Shown here piece after piece: positions 55,593 to 64,000 of a stretch of 64,000 bases of DNA. A program made the position numbers and the translations under genes. Every line of letters begins with the position of its first letter. Positions within the stretch are counted from its first letter, which is position 1. Origin of the DNA: Spirochaetia bacterium (GTDB taxonomy: Bacteria > Spirochaetota > Spirochaetia > DSM-2461); NCBI GenBank assembly GCA_963666985.2, contig CAXXIA010000001.1, positions 352,001-416,000 on the forward strand, given 5' to 3'. The notes beneath the pieces are model-generated. The model did not search any database. It worked only from the letters and a program-made list of their open reading frames with translations, and was not told the DNA's origin.

Positions 55593-58500
55593 TTACACAA
55601 GGGCGGTCGTTTCGTCTTCGATATCCAGAACAGGCGAACCGATCAGCATGCTGGCACCAAGATGGGCGGGATCAGATTCCAGAACGTTATGGAAATGGAC
55701 CAGGGCTTCGCTTTTCTGTCCCAGGCCGGCCTTGGCCAAGGCCATGAGAAATCGGCAATGGGTTCTGTTATTCCGGTTGAGATCGTCGTCGAAGAGCTGG
55801 ATATCCGGAAGTGAGACGGCAAAGAAATCGATTTTCACTTCATCAAAAAGATGCTGCTCACCGTAGTCCAGAAGCTTGTTGAAAAGACTTTTTGCCGTTT
55901 TCCTCTTGCCTAGTTTTAGCCATGCCAGAGCTTGATAGAAAATCATATCCGCCGGCTGATCATTGTAGAACATAGCAGCGACAGGCTCGGAATCACCAAG
56001 GGTGGCCAGTTCAAATTCCTCTTTCGCGGCTGCCTCCTCCTTCTGTTTCTGGCGACAGAGACCCAGAAGATAATGAATGTCGTTGTCCTTTCGGCCTATC
56101 AATTTCCCTTCCCCGAGATTGACCGGATAGCTGAGGCTTTTGTTGAGTTTTTCCACCGCGTCTTCAATTCGGCCGTTTTTCATCGATTGAACGGCAAGTT
56201 CTCTCAGGGCAATGACAAATTGAGAGGAAACTTTTCCTTCACCTCCTTCCCAGGGATGGAATCTGGTTTCTTTAATGAAGTCCAGAGCCTTCTGATAATC
56301 GCCCGTGAGATTGAGGAGCGTGGCATATTCAACTTTCAGGTCGTCCCGGACTGGAATAAGCGATAAATGTTTCAGAAAATTCTCCAGTCTATTCTGAGGT
56401 TGGTGGCCGAATTTCTTGTGGAGCTGATCAAGTTCGTAAAACACTCTGGCATCAGTGGGATCGCAGGCGAAAGCGGCTTCCATCTCCTTCATAGCCGAGA
56501 TTTTATCGTTCTTCTTGTTGAACAAGACAATGGAGAGGTTTCTGTGGGACGTTGGGAAATCTGGAGCGATACGTGCGCTTCGGTTCCAGTATTCGAAGGC
56601 ATCGTCGTATCTGCGTTTGTCGTAGCAGAGGTTACCCTGCATGTAAAGCGCCACCCAATCGTTCGGCGAGGCCTCAATGGCGTGTAAAAGGGCGTCCTGA
56701 TCGTCCAGAGTATAGGCAAAACGGGATACGGGCATCTGTCCGGCGGCTTCCTTCAGGAATACTTCATCATTCATTCCCTGCTTTGCTGCGTAGAAGGCTT
56801 TATGGTAGGACACCAGAATGTCTTCTCCTGGGTAGCGCTGAAGTATTTCCAGGGCTTCTTCACAGCAACCTGTTCGGGCGAAGTCCGCGGCCAGGGAGAG
56901 GTAGGTTTCTACACGGCCACCGATTCGCTGATCGATATTGAATCCAACGGCTCGGCTTTCTAGTTTTTCCAGAACGAGGGCGGATCCGTAATCGAAAGGA
57001 TTTTCGATGAGATTCTCTTTGGCCGCCTCGACGGCTTCGGCAAGGTTACCCTTCTTCTGAAGAATGAAGGCTTTCAGGAACCGGGCCGTGGTGTTTCGGG
57101 TATTGTATTGCAGGGCCTGATTGACGAAGGCCAGGGCTTCATTCCAGGCATCTCTCCTACAGGAGATAAAGGACAGCATGGAGAAGGCGACTCCAGCCTG
57201 TCCTTGAGTCCATGTGGCCTTGTAGAAATGGTCGAAAGCCTCTTTCTCACGACCCAGCCGGAACAGGATGAAACCGTAAATCAGATGGGGCTCGCTGTCT
57301 GCGGGATTCGTGTTGAGCATTTCCATGCGTTCGATGGCCTTGCAGCAGTAGGTCTCCGCCAGGGCGGCATCCCCCCGACGGAATTGAAGAGCCGCCATAG
57401 CCGTGTTAATTCGGATGTCACCCGGGTCCCGGCGGAGTCCTTCTTCGTAGTAAAGATCTGGAATGTATGTGGCATGGCGGTACTGTTCGATGTGGCGGCC
57501 CACAAGAAGCAGTTCTTCATTTGTGCGAATTGTATCGGGCGTACCTGGGGCCTTTGCCGGTTCCGGCAAGGGCTTCACCGTGGATTTTTGGGGAGAGTAA
57601 CGGATGAGTTTCCGTCCATTGGAGTCGAAGACGGTTAAGAGCAGTTCCTCCTTTTCGCAATGAATGCCTTCAACCTTTTTCTCGAAGAACATATCTGGAG
57701 AGGTGGAGATAGTTTGATCCACAAAAATTTCTTTTCCGGAGAGAACCACACGAATGTTCTTTTCAGTTCCAGTGGAGTAAACCGCAAACCACGCTGTTCC
57801 TTCTGACACTTCCAGGTTGACAAGGATGTCTTTCGTGGCGTTTTTTACGGAGCCGAGTCCTTTATAGGGAAGGAAATACTGTGTGAAATGCTTTTCCTCG
57901 TACGGCCGAAGCCATGAAAAATCGGGCTGATTATCGGTGTACATTCCCGTCATCAGTTCGATGTAGGGGCCGTTTTTATCAGTGAGGTTCCTGTCCCAGG
58001 CCAGGCCGAAGTCCCCGCATCCCCAGGTCCACTGCTTTTTTCCGGGGGAGACGTGGTGATCGGCTACATGAAGGATTCCCGCTTCCTCTTCGTAGTCGTA
58101 ACCGCCGACGAAATCGTAATCGCTTCGGTAGGCCATGTAGGAGGTGGGAACCGGGAGGTTCTTGTACCGGGAAATATCCACACCTTCCGAATAGTCATAT
58201 TTGTAGTATTCGCCCGTGGCTATCGGGAAGCGGGAAACCGCCCGTTTGCCATGGTCGTATACGGCATGCACGTCCGGAGGGAATATGGACTGGGTATGAT
58301 CGTTGACCGCCACGGCGGGGTTCGCCCACCATAGGAATGTCTGGGTCATGTTGGTGGGGTTGAAAACGCTGGAATTGATTTCAATATAACTTTTTTCGGC
58401 GTGAAGGCAGAACTCCGTCACGACACTGGTTCCGCTGATTCTATCGTAGTCATAAACCTTAACGCTTGATATATCTCCGTCGTTTTCTTCGATGGAATAG

Positions 58501-58895
58501 TCGACATTCATGAATGTCGTGGGACGGTGGTGCTGCGGCCAGTTGAATTCGATTCCTCCGGAAACCCAGGGGCCGAGGAGTCCTACGAGGGCCGGTTTGA
58601 TGACTTCATTGTGGTAGACGAAGTCGTAACCGTTGGTCTTGTCGAAAGCCCGATGGATTTTTCCACCGATTTCCGGAAGTACAAGAACCTTTATATATCT
58701 GTTCTCGAGATAAATTCCTGTGTATTCCTTGTCATGGATGTCGTCCTCAAGGGTATCGATAACCGGATAGGGATAGACTTTCCCGCTGGATCCCTGATAA
58801 ACGCGCTTTTCGAAGAACATTGGGTTCCTGTTCGGCTTTCCCATTCCATAGGTGGGAATTACAACTTTCTCGGTCCATGCCCTTGCGGTTTTCAT
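55593..58895 (-). CDS. DUF5107 domain / TPR repeat protein (E. coli YphG-like)
   Basis: KRVYQGSSGKVYP, LENRYIKV.VLPEIGG, GGIEFNWPQHHRP, PGKKQWTWG, then TPR-like helices. Start moved to ATG 58895 after GGAGG. Confidence 0.85.
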   Translation of the reverse strand: MKTARAWTEKVVIPTYGMGKPNRNPMFFEKRVYQGSSGKVYPYPVIDTLEDDIHDKEYTGIYLENRYIKVLVLPEIGGKIHRAFDKTNGYDFVYHNEVIKPALVGLLGPWVSGGIEFNWPQHHRPTTFMNVDYSIEENDGDISSVKVYDYDRISGTSVVTEFCLHAEKSYIEINSSVFNPTNMTQTFLWWANPAVAVNDHTQSIFPPDVHAVYDHGKRAVSRFPIATGEYYKYDYSEGVDISRYKNLPVPTSYMAYRSDYDFVGGYDYEEEAGILHVADHHVSPGKKQWTWGCGDFGLAWDRNLTDKNGPYIELMTGMYTDNQPDFSWLRPYEEKHFTQYFLPYKGLGSVKNATKDILVNLEVSEGTAWFAVYSTGTEKNIRVVLSGKEIFVDQTISTSPDMFFEKKVEGIHCEKEELLLTVFDSNGRKLIRYSPQKSTVKPLPEPAKAPGTPDTIRTNEELLLVGRHIEQYRHATYIPDLYYEEGLRRDPGDIRINTAMAALQFRRGDAALAETYCCKAIERMEMLNTNPADSEPHLIYGFILFRLGREKEAFDHFYKATWTQGQAGVAFSMLSFISCRRDAWNEALAFVNQALQYNTRNTTARFLKAFILQKKGNLAEAVEAAKENLIENPFDYGSALVLEKLESRAVGFNIDQRIGGRVETYLSLAADFARTGCCEEALEILQRYPGEDILVSYHKAFYAAKQGMNDEVFLKEAAGQMPVSRFAYTLDDQDALLHAIEASPNDWVALYMQGNLCYDKRRYDDAFEYWNRSARIAPDFPTSHRNLSIVLFNKKNDKISAMKEMEAAFACDPTDARVFYELDQLHKKFGHQPQNRLENFLKHLSLIPVRDDLKVEYATLLNLTGDYQKALDFIKETRFHPWEGGEGKVSSQFVIALRELAVQSMKNGRIEDAVEKLNKSLSYPVNLGEGKLIGRKDNDIHYLLGLCRQKQKEEAAAKEEFELATLGDSEPVAAMFYNDQPADMIFYQALAWLKLGKRKTAKSLFNKLLDYGEQHLFDEVKIDFFAVSLPDIQLFDDDLNRNNRTHCRFLMALAKAGLGQKSEALVHFHNVLESDPAHLGASMLIGSPVLDIEDETTALV

Positions 58896-59058
58896 TGCGC
58901 AACGCCTCCATTGGTCGTAGGCATAACGTATCATTCAGATCTTCAACTCGCTATGGCGAGGATTGCGGTTGTATTGCAGAAAATTGCTTATTTGGTTGGA
59001 CGACTTTTTATACAAGGTTTATGGTGTTTACTGAGAACGATCAGTATTGAGTATCGCC

Positions 59059-59898
59059 ATGAAAGTAAACGAAACCGGAGTTCTTGAGAGTTCTGAGGTC
59101 TTCTTTTCAACCCCGAGTGCGGCGGCCCAGTCGATTTTCTTCCATTTGCTTTGCTGTGGTAATTTTGACTGTAATTCGCATTACCGGGTAAAACGAAGCC
59201 AGTATAACAGTATTTTGCTTATATTGGTTGTGCGTGGATCGGGGTACGTCATCAAAGCCGGGAAGAGGGTGGCCTTGAAGGAAGGATCTATGGCCCTTGT
59301 GGACTGTTTCCAACCGCACGAGTACGGTTCAACCTCGGGATGGAAAATCCTCTGGTGCCATTTCCAATCCTCTCAGATTCTGGAGTGGTACAAACGCGCC
59401 GACAGTCAATCCGGAGGAGTCGTTCAACTTCTTGATTTTAACGCCGCTCTTCAGAGTATGAAGCAGATGATCGGACAGTTTAAAAGACAAGAGGAGGCGA
59501 ACGAAGCGGTTACCCACCTTCATCTTACCCGTTTGCTAACCGAATTCCTGCGGCCGCAGTCTCAGGGTTCTAATTCTGGTCAAACCTTTGAAAGTCTTAT
59601 TGCATATATCAATGAGAATCTTGACAAGAGAATTAAGGTTGAGGAACTCGCGGATATGGCCGGACTTTCCGTGTATCATTTTATACGGGAGTTCAAGAAA
59701 GACATCGGATACACGCCCCATGAGTACTTGATTCATGCCCGGATCAATGCCGCCAAGTTTTATCTGAAGACGACGAGAAATCCCATCAAGACGATTGTTT
59801 CCGATTGCGGTTTTTCCAGCGACAGCGCATTCTCCAATTCCTTTAAACGAATTGTGGGAACGACACCGGCTGTATTCCGGGAGTCGGGAGCTGAATGA
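59059..59898 (+). CDS. AraC-family transcriptional regulator
   Basis: Cupin-like N-terminus (PHEYG..GWKILWCHF); HTH ELADMAGLSVYHFIREFK...CGFSSDSAFSNSFKR..G.TP. Confidence 0.93.
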   Translation: MKVNETGVLESSEVFFSTPSAAAQSIFFHLLCCGNFDCNSHYRVKRSQYNSILLILVVRGSGYVIKAGKRVALKEGSMALVDCFQPHEYGSTSGWKILWCHFQSSQILEWYKRADSQSGGVVQLLDFNAALQSMKQMIGQFKRQEEANEAVTHLHLTRLLTEFLRPQSQGSNSGQTFESLIAYINENLDKRIKVEELADMAGLSVYHFIREFKKDIGYTPHEYLIHARINAAKFYLKTTRNPIKTIVSDCGFSSDSAFSNSFKRIVGTTPAVFRESGAE

Positions 59899-59945
59899 AA
59901 AAAGGCTGCCGCCCGAGCCTTTTCAGACTTGGACAACAGCCTTTT
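59898..59945. terminator. Probable bidirectional terminator between convergent genes
   Basis: Imperfect stem AAAAGGCTG...CAGCCTTTT with A and T runs on both sides. Confidence 0.6.
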
Positions 59946-59962
59946 GAATTCAACCGGTCAAA

Positions 59963-60950
59963 TCATTCGGCGTATTTGCCCATGATTTCCTGATAGTTCT
60001 CAGGGGTTACAACAGCTGCGTCAACGGCGGTTTCCATGGGAACGTCGTTTCCGGCGATGATGTCGAGGAGAACTTCAACGGATCCGGCTCCAACGCTTTC
60101 GGAGGAGAAATACGCCGCGGCTTTCATGGCCGATCCGCCTGCCTTCTTGAATTCGTCTTTGGCCATGTAGGCGCCCAGGCCCACGACCACCGATTCGGTA
60201 TCCAGACCGGCGCTTTCCAGGGCGCGAACGGCACCGACGGTTCCTTCTTCATTGGCGCCGGTTACAAGCCATTTCGTAATTTCAGGATGAGCTGTGAACA
60301 CGGCCGAAGAAACCTGGTTGCCCTTATCGGTGGTGCCGTCGTAGTCGGCATAGAAAATTCGGTCTTCCGGGAAATTGGGGGCCATTTCTGTGAACTTGGC
60401 ATATTCACCTTCGGCGCGGGGAACGCAGGAGGAAACTGTGTCCATGGTCATGATCAGAAGACCGACTTTCGGATCGTTGGTCATTTTGTTGTCTGAAGCG
60501 TACTGGGCGAGCCAGGCGCCGTTGGCCTCGCCGATAACATAGGCGTTGATTCCCACCCAGGGAGCAAGCTTTTTGCCATTCTCTTCAAGTGCGTCATCGG
60601 CCGCTACCACGGGGATTCCCGCTTCTTCCAGCTTACTGACTGTAGCCCTGCTCATGGTCTGGTCGGGAATGCAAGTCACAACACCGGCAGCGTTGTTCGC
60701 AATGGCATTATCGATGGCCCGAAGATATTCTTCGGGATTCATTTTTGCATCCACATAAATGAATTCGTATCCGGCCGCTTCGGCTGTGGCTTTCGCGGCT
60801 TCACCTTCATCAATAAACCAGGTCTGATCACCCGCTTTGTAGATTCCGTAGATAACAGGTTTTCCCGAGCTTTTCTCGCCGGAACCTTCAGAGAAGGCAA
60901 ACGCTGCACAGAGAAGAATGAGCAACACTACCAAACCGCTTTTTTTTCAT
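59963..60950 (-). CDS. Monosaccharide ABC substrate-binding protein (AraF-like); apparent +1 frameshift in an A8 tract just after the ATG
   Basis: YKAGDQTWFIDEG, IPVVAADD, GANEEGTVGAVRALE. The RBS-supported ATG 60950 is out of frame with the body ORF (59963..60934). Confidence 0.85.
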
Positions 60951-61017
60951 AAAAACGCTCCTTTATGGGGATAACCCCATGATTTTTATCTATGCCGGCA
61001 GACGCCGGCTGTTTTCC

Positions 61018-62055
61018 TTAAGACCGGGCCGCTTTCTTGCTGGCTTCCAGAAGAGCCCTTTCCCTGTTTCCTTTCCGCAGGAAGTCGCTGGTCAGGGCTA
61101 CAAGAAGGAGTCCGCCACGGGCCACGTACTGCCAGAAAGAGGGGACATTAACCATTGTGAGTCCCGTATTGAAAGCCTGAATGAGGATTATGCCCAGGAA
61201 GGCTCCGGTCATATCACCGATACCGCCGGCAAAGGAAATACCTCCCAGAATTACGCCGGTGATGGCATCGAATTCCAGATTCACATTGGCCGCCGGCTGG
61301 CCGGAGTTCATTCTTGCCGAGAAGACGATTCCCCCGACCGCACTGAGAACACCCATGATGATGAACATGATGGAAATGGTTTTTTTCGGATTGAGTCCGG
61401 CCAGTCTTGCTGCAGAGATGTTTCCGCCTACAGCATAAACGCTTCGGCCGAATTTGGTTCTGGCCAGAATGAATCCGAAGAGGATCATGAGAAGCAGCAT
61501 GATCCAGACGGAAATCGGGAGGCCTATAATCCTGGCTTTGCCCAGGGCAATGTAAACCGGATCGCTGATGGCCACGGGTTTTCCCCCGCAGATGATATAG
61601 GCGAATCCTCGGATAATGGTCTGCGTGACAAGCGTTGCGATGAACGGCTGTAGCTTGATTCTGTTGACCATGAAGCCGTTAAAGAATCCCAACAGGCCTC
61701 CGGCCATCAGTGTGACGATGATGACCAGATAGAAACTCATGCCGACACTCACGAGGGTTGCGGCAAGGACGCCGCTGAACGCCACAAGGGAACCGGGGGA
61801 GAGATCCACCTGAGCCGCGATGATCAGGTAAGTTTCTCCGATGGCTATCAGTCCCGCCAGCGAAGCGGCAACGAGAATGTTGACCATGTTCGTTTTTGAC
61901 AGGAAGTTTCTGTTGAGGGCGGTGAACAGAATGGTAACTGCTATTATGGCGAATACCAGAATTAGTTTCCCGCCGTCGACGCCGGATAGAAAACCGGATT
62001 TCTCTTTTCGGGATTTCGTAACCTTGTTCTGTTTGTTGGATGCTTCGCTACTCAT
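61018..62055 (-). CDS. Monosaccharide ABC permease (AraH/RbsC-like)
   Basis: VDLSPGS, PFIATL, TKFGRSVYAVGGN..AARLAG, GVILGGIS..GG.G. Confidence 0.92.
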   Translation of the reverse strand: MSSEASNKQNKVTKSRKEKSGFLSGVDGGKLILVFAIIAVTILFTALNRNFLSKTNMVNILVAASLAGLIAIGETYLIIAAQVDLSPGSLVAFSGVLAATLVSVGMSFYLVIIVTLMAGGLLGFFNGFMVNRIKLQPFIATLVTQTIIRGFAYIICGGKPVAISDPVYIALGKARIIGLPISVWIMLLLMILFGFILARTKFGRSVYAVGGNISAARLAGLNPKKTISIMFIIMGVLSAVGGIVFSARMNSGQPAANVNLEFDAITGVILGGISFAGGIGDMTGAFLGIILIQAFNTGLTMVNVPSFWQYVARGGLLLVALTSDFLRKGNRERALLEASKKAARS

Positions 62056-63586
62056 ATTCTTTCCTTCGTCCCTTATTCTTTTCTTCCATGGCGAGTCTTA
62101 AAAGAAGGTCTTCCGTTGCATCTTTTCTCATGACTTCACCCGATATTTCACGATTTCGCATAACGATGATGCGATCCGACAAGCCGATGACTTCCGGAAG
62201 TTCACTGGAGATGAGAATGACTCCTAGTCCCTGAGCGGCGAAATCGCAGATCATCTGGTAGAATTCGCTTTTCGCCCCGACATCAATGCCTTTGGTGGGT
62301 TCATCCAGAATGAGAACCTTGGGGTTCGTGGCCATCCAACGGGCCACTATGCATTTCTGCTGGTTACCGCCTGAGAGCTCGACGATCATTTTCTGAGGAT
62401 TGGGCGTTTTGACGTTGAATCGGTCGATGTATTCGGATACAAGGGCCTTTTCCAACGAACGGTTGATTACCCCCATTCGGTTGGTATTGCTGCTCATGGC
62501 CCCTATTGCGATGTTGTCGGCAACGTTGAGGTTCTCCAAAATCCCTTGAGTCTTCCGGTCTTCCGGAACCATTACGATGCCGTTCATGGCCGCTTCGCCT
62601 GGGGATTTATTAAGAATCTCTTTTCCTTCGAGTTTCACCATTCCGGACTGCATTTTGTCGGCGCCTATGATGGCCCTCATGATTTCCGTTCTACCCGCTC
62701 CCACCAGTCCGCTGAAACCGAGAATCTCACCGCGTTGAAGCTTGAAGGATATCGGTTCCACGAAGTCGCTTGAGCAATTCTCGACTTCCAGAAGAACATC
62801 TCCCTGGGAAGAGGCGCGCTCCAGATTCCCGAAGATGTTTCCAAGGTCGCGACCCACCATCATTCGGATCATCGTTTGCTCATCGGTGGTCTTGGCATCC
62901 ACGATGTCGATGAAGCGGCCATCCTTGAAGATGGCCGCTTTGTCGGCAATCTGCTTTATTTCGTTCATGCGGTGGGAAACATATATGACGACTTTCCCTT
63001 CATTCCGAAGCTTTTCGATAATGGCGAAGAGTTTCTCGATTTCTGAATCGCTCAGGGGGGCCGTCGGTTCATCGAAGCAGATGCAGATGAGATTTTCCCG
63101 GCTGTAAGCCTTCATGATTTCCACCATCTGTTGATAGGCGATGGAGAGATCCTTGGCCTTGTCCGTGGCTTTGAAAGGAAGACCGAATTCTTTAATAAGT
63201 GCTTCGGTTTTCCGATTGGCTTCCTTCACATTAATTATACCGAGTCGATTGCTGGGCATTCGTCCGAGGTAAATATTTTCGGCCACCGAGAGTTCCATCA
63301 GGATCTGCCGCTCCTGATAAATCACGCTGACTCCGGCTTCAATGGCCTGATGGGGAGAAGTGAAATGGACCTCTTTGCCGTTCAGCAGATAGCTTCCGCT
63401 GCTGGGTTGATAATCGCCGTTAAGCGTTTTAAGCAGAGTGGATTTTCCCGCTCCGTTTTCGCCGAGGAATGCCAGAACCTCTCCTCCCTGAGATGTGAAA
63501 CTTACATCATCAAGGGCTTTGACTCCGGGGAAGTACTTCGTGATGTTTTTAAACTCGACAGAATTGGACACGATCTCTGCCTCCAT
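62048..63586 (-). CDS. Monosaccharide ABC ATP-binding protein (AraG-like)
   Basis: GENGAGKSTL, FDEPT, LSGGNQQK, DEPTKGIDVGAK. Confidence 0.95.
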   Translation of the reverse strand: MEAEIVSNSVEFKNITKYFPGVKALDDVSFTSQGGEVLAFLGENGAGKSTLLKTLNGDYQPSSGSYLLNGKEVHFTSPHQAIEAGVSVIYQERQILMELSVAENIYLGRMPSNRLGIINVKEANRKTEALIKEFGLPFKATDKAKDLSIAYQQMVEIMKAYSRENLICICFDEPTAPLSDSEIEKLFAIIEKLRNEGKVVIYVSHRMNEIKQIADKAAIFKDGRFIDIVDAKTTDEQTMIRMMVGRDLGNIFGNLERASSQGDVLLEVENCSSDFVEPISFKLQRGEILGFSGLVGAGRTEIMRAIIGADKMQSGMVKLEGKEILNKSPGEAAMNGIVMVPEDRKTQGILENLNVADNIAIGAMSSNTNRMGVINRSLEKALVSEYIDRFNVKTPNPQKMIVELSGGNQQKCIVARWMATNPKVLILDEPTKGIDVGAKSEFYQMICDFAAQGLGVILISSELPEVIGLSDRIIVMRNREISGEVMRKDATEDLLLRLAMEEKNKGRRKEYE

Positions 63587-63702
63587 TACAGGCTAGAAAA
63601 TTACTGTATCACGGTGAATTTAAGGGTGAATTAGTAAAAGTTGCTCACTCTTTGTAAAAAATTGCTCTGTATAGTCATTGATATGTGCGGTAACGTTTTC
63701 CC

Positions 63703-64000
63703 GTGGACAAAATCACCATACTGACCAATCAAGCCTTATCCGTTTCAATTCATCCATTTGGCTGTTCTCTTTTTCGTCTGCTGACTGCCGATGGGTTTTC
63801 TCCTCTTCTGGCAAGCCGAGAACCGGCTATGGCCTATGGAGGGGCCATTATCGGACCATGCTGCGGGAGGATTCCCAATGGTTTCGTTGATATGGACGAC
63901 TGTCAGATTTCTCTCTCAATGAACGAAAAGAAACATCATCTCCACGGTGGATATTTTAGTACAGCCCTTCGGTCCTGGGAACTTATGGAACGGAGTGGCA
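63703..64000 (+). CDS. Aldose 1-epimerase (mutarotase, GalM-like), truncated by the window end
   Basis: Not in the ORF track. Manual translation from GTG 63703 gives ...LTNQALSVSIHPFGCSL...YGGAIIGPCCGRIPNG...LSMNEKKHHLHGG; HLHGG is the mutarotase motif. Confidence 0.75.
   Translation, partial: MDKITILTNQALSVSIHPFGCSLFRLLTADGFSPLLASREPAMAYGGAIIGPCCGRIPNGFVDMDDCQISLSMNEKKHHLHGGYFSTALRSWELMERSG

Overview
A gene-dense, moderate-GC chromosomal segment. The gene repertoire and signal-peptide style suggest an anaerobic, sugar-fermenting spirochaete, but this taxonomy is an inference. The window holds three carbohydrate-type ABC loci: one flanked by two amidohydrolase-family decarboxylases, one with a GH3 and a LacI-sensor histidine kinase/NarL pair, and one arabinose-like with a DUF5107-TPR protein, AraC and a mutarotase. 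It also holds a GH36, RecQ, a GGDEF protein, a trimeric [FeFe]-hydrogenase with non-bifurcating signatures, MarC/MATE/TetR, FecR-OmpA, a K+ channel, an EndoQ-UvrD fusion, a CZB-tailed chemoreceptor and SulP. Two loci stand out. (1) A tightly coupled operon of split aconitase X plus an enoate reductase, followed by two DUF62 SAM-hydrolase paralogues and an ECF transporter, suggests an undescribed dehydration/reduction pathway. (2) At 53.0-55.5 kb there is an 80-bp structured repeat array with compensatory base changes, a hairpin element, an IS1182-type element and a degenerate tRNA with an intact-looking promoter. An A8-tract frameshift at the start of a sugar-binding protein and several apparently leaderless genes were also seen. 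All functional calls rest on motif recognition by eye; no database searches were run. Several start codons were moved from the ORF track using ribosome-binding sites.
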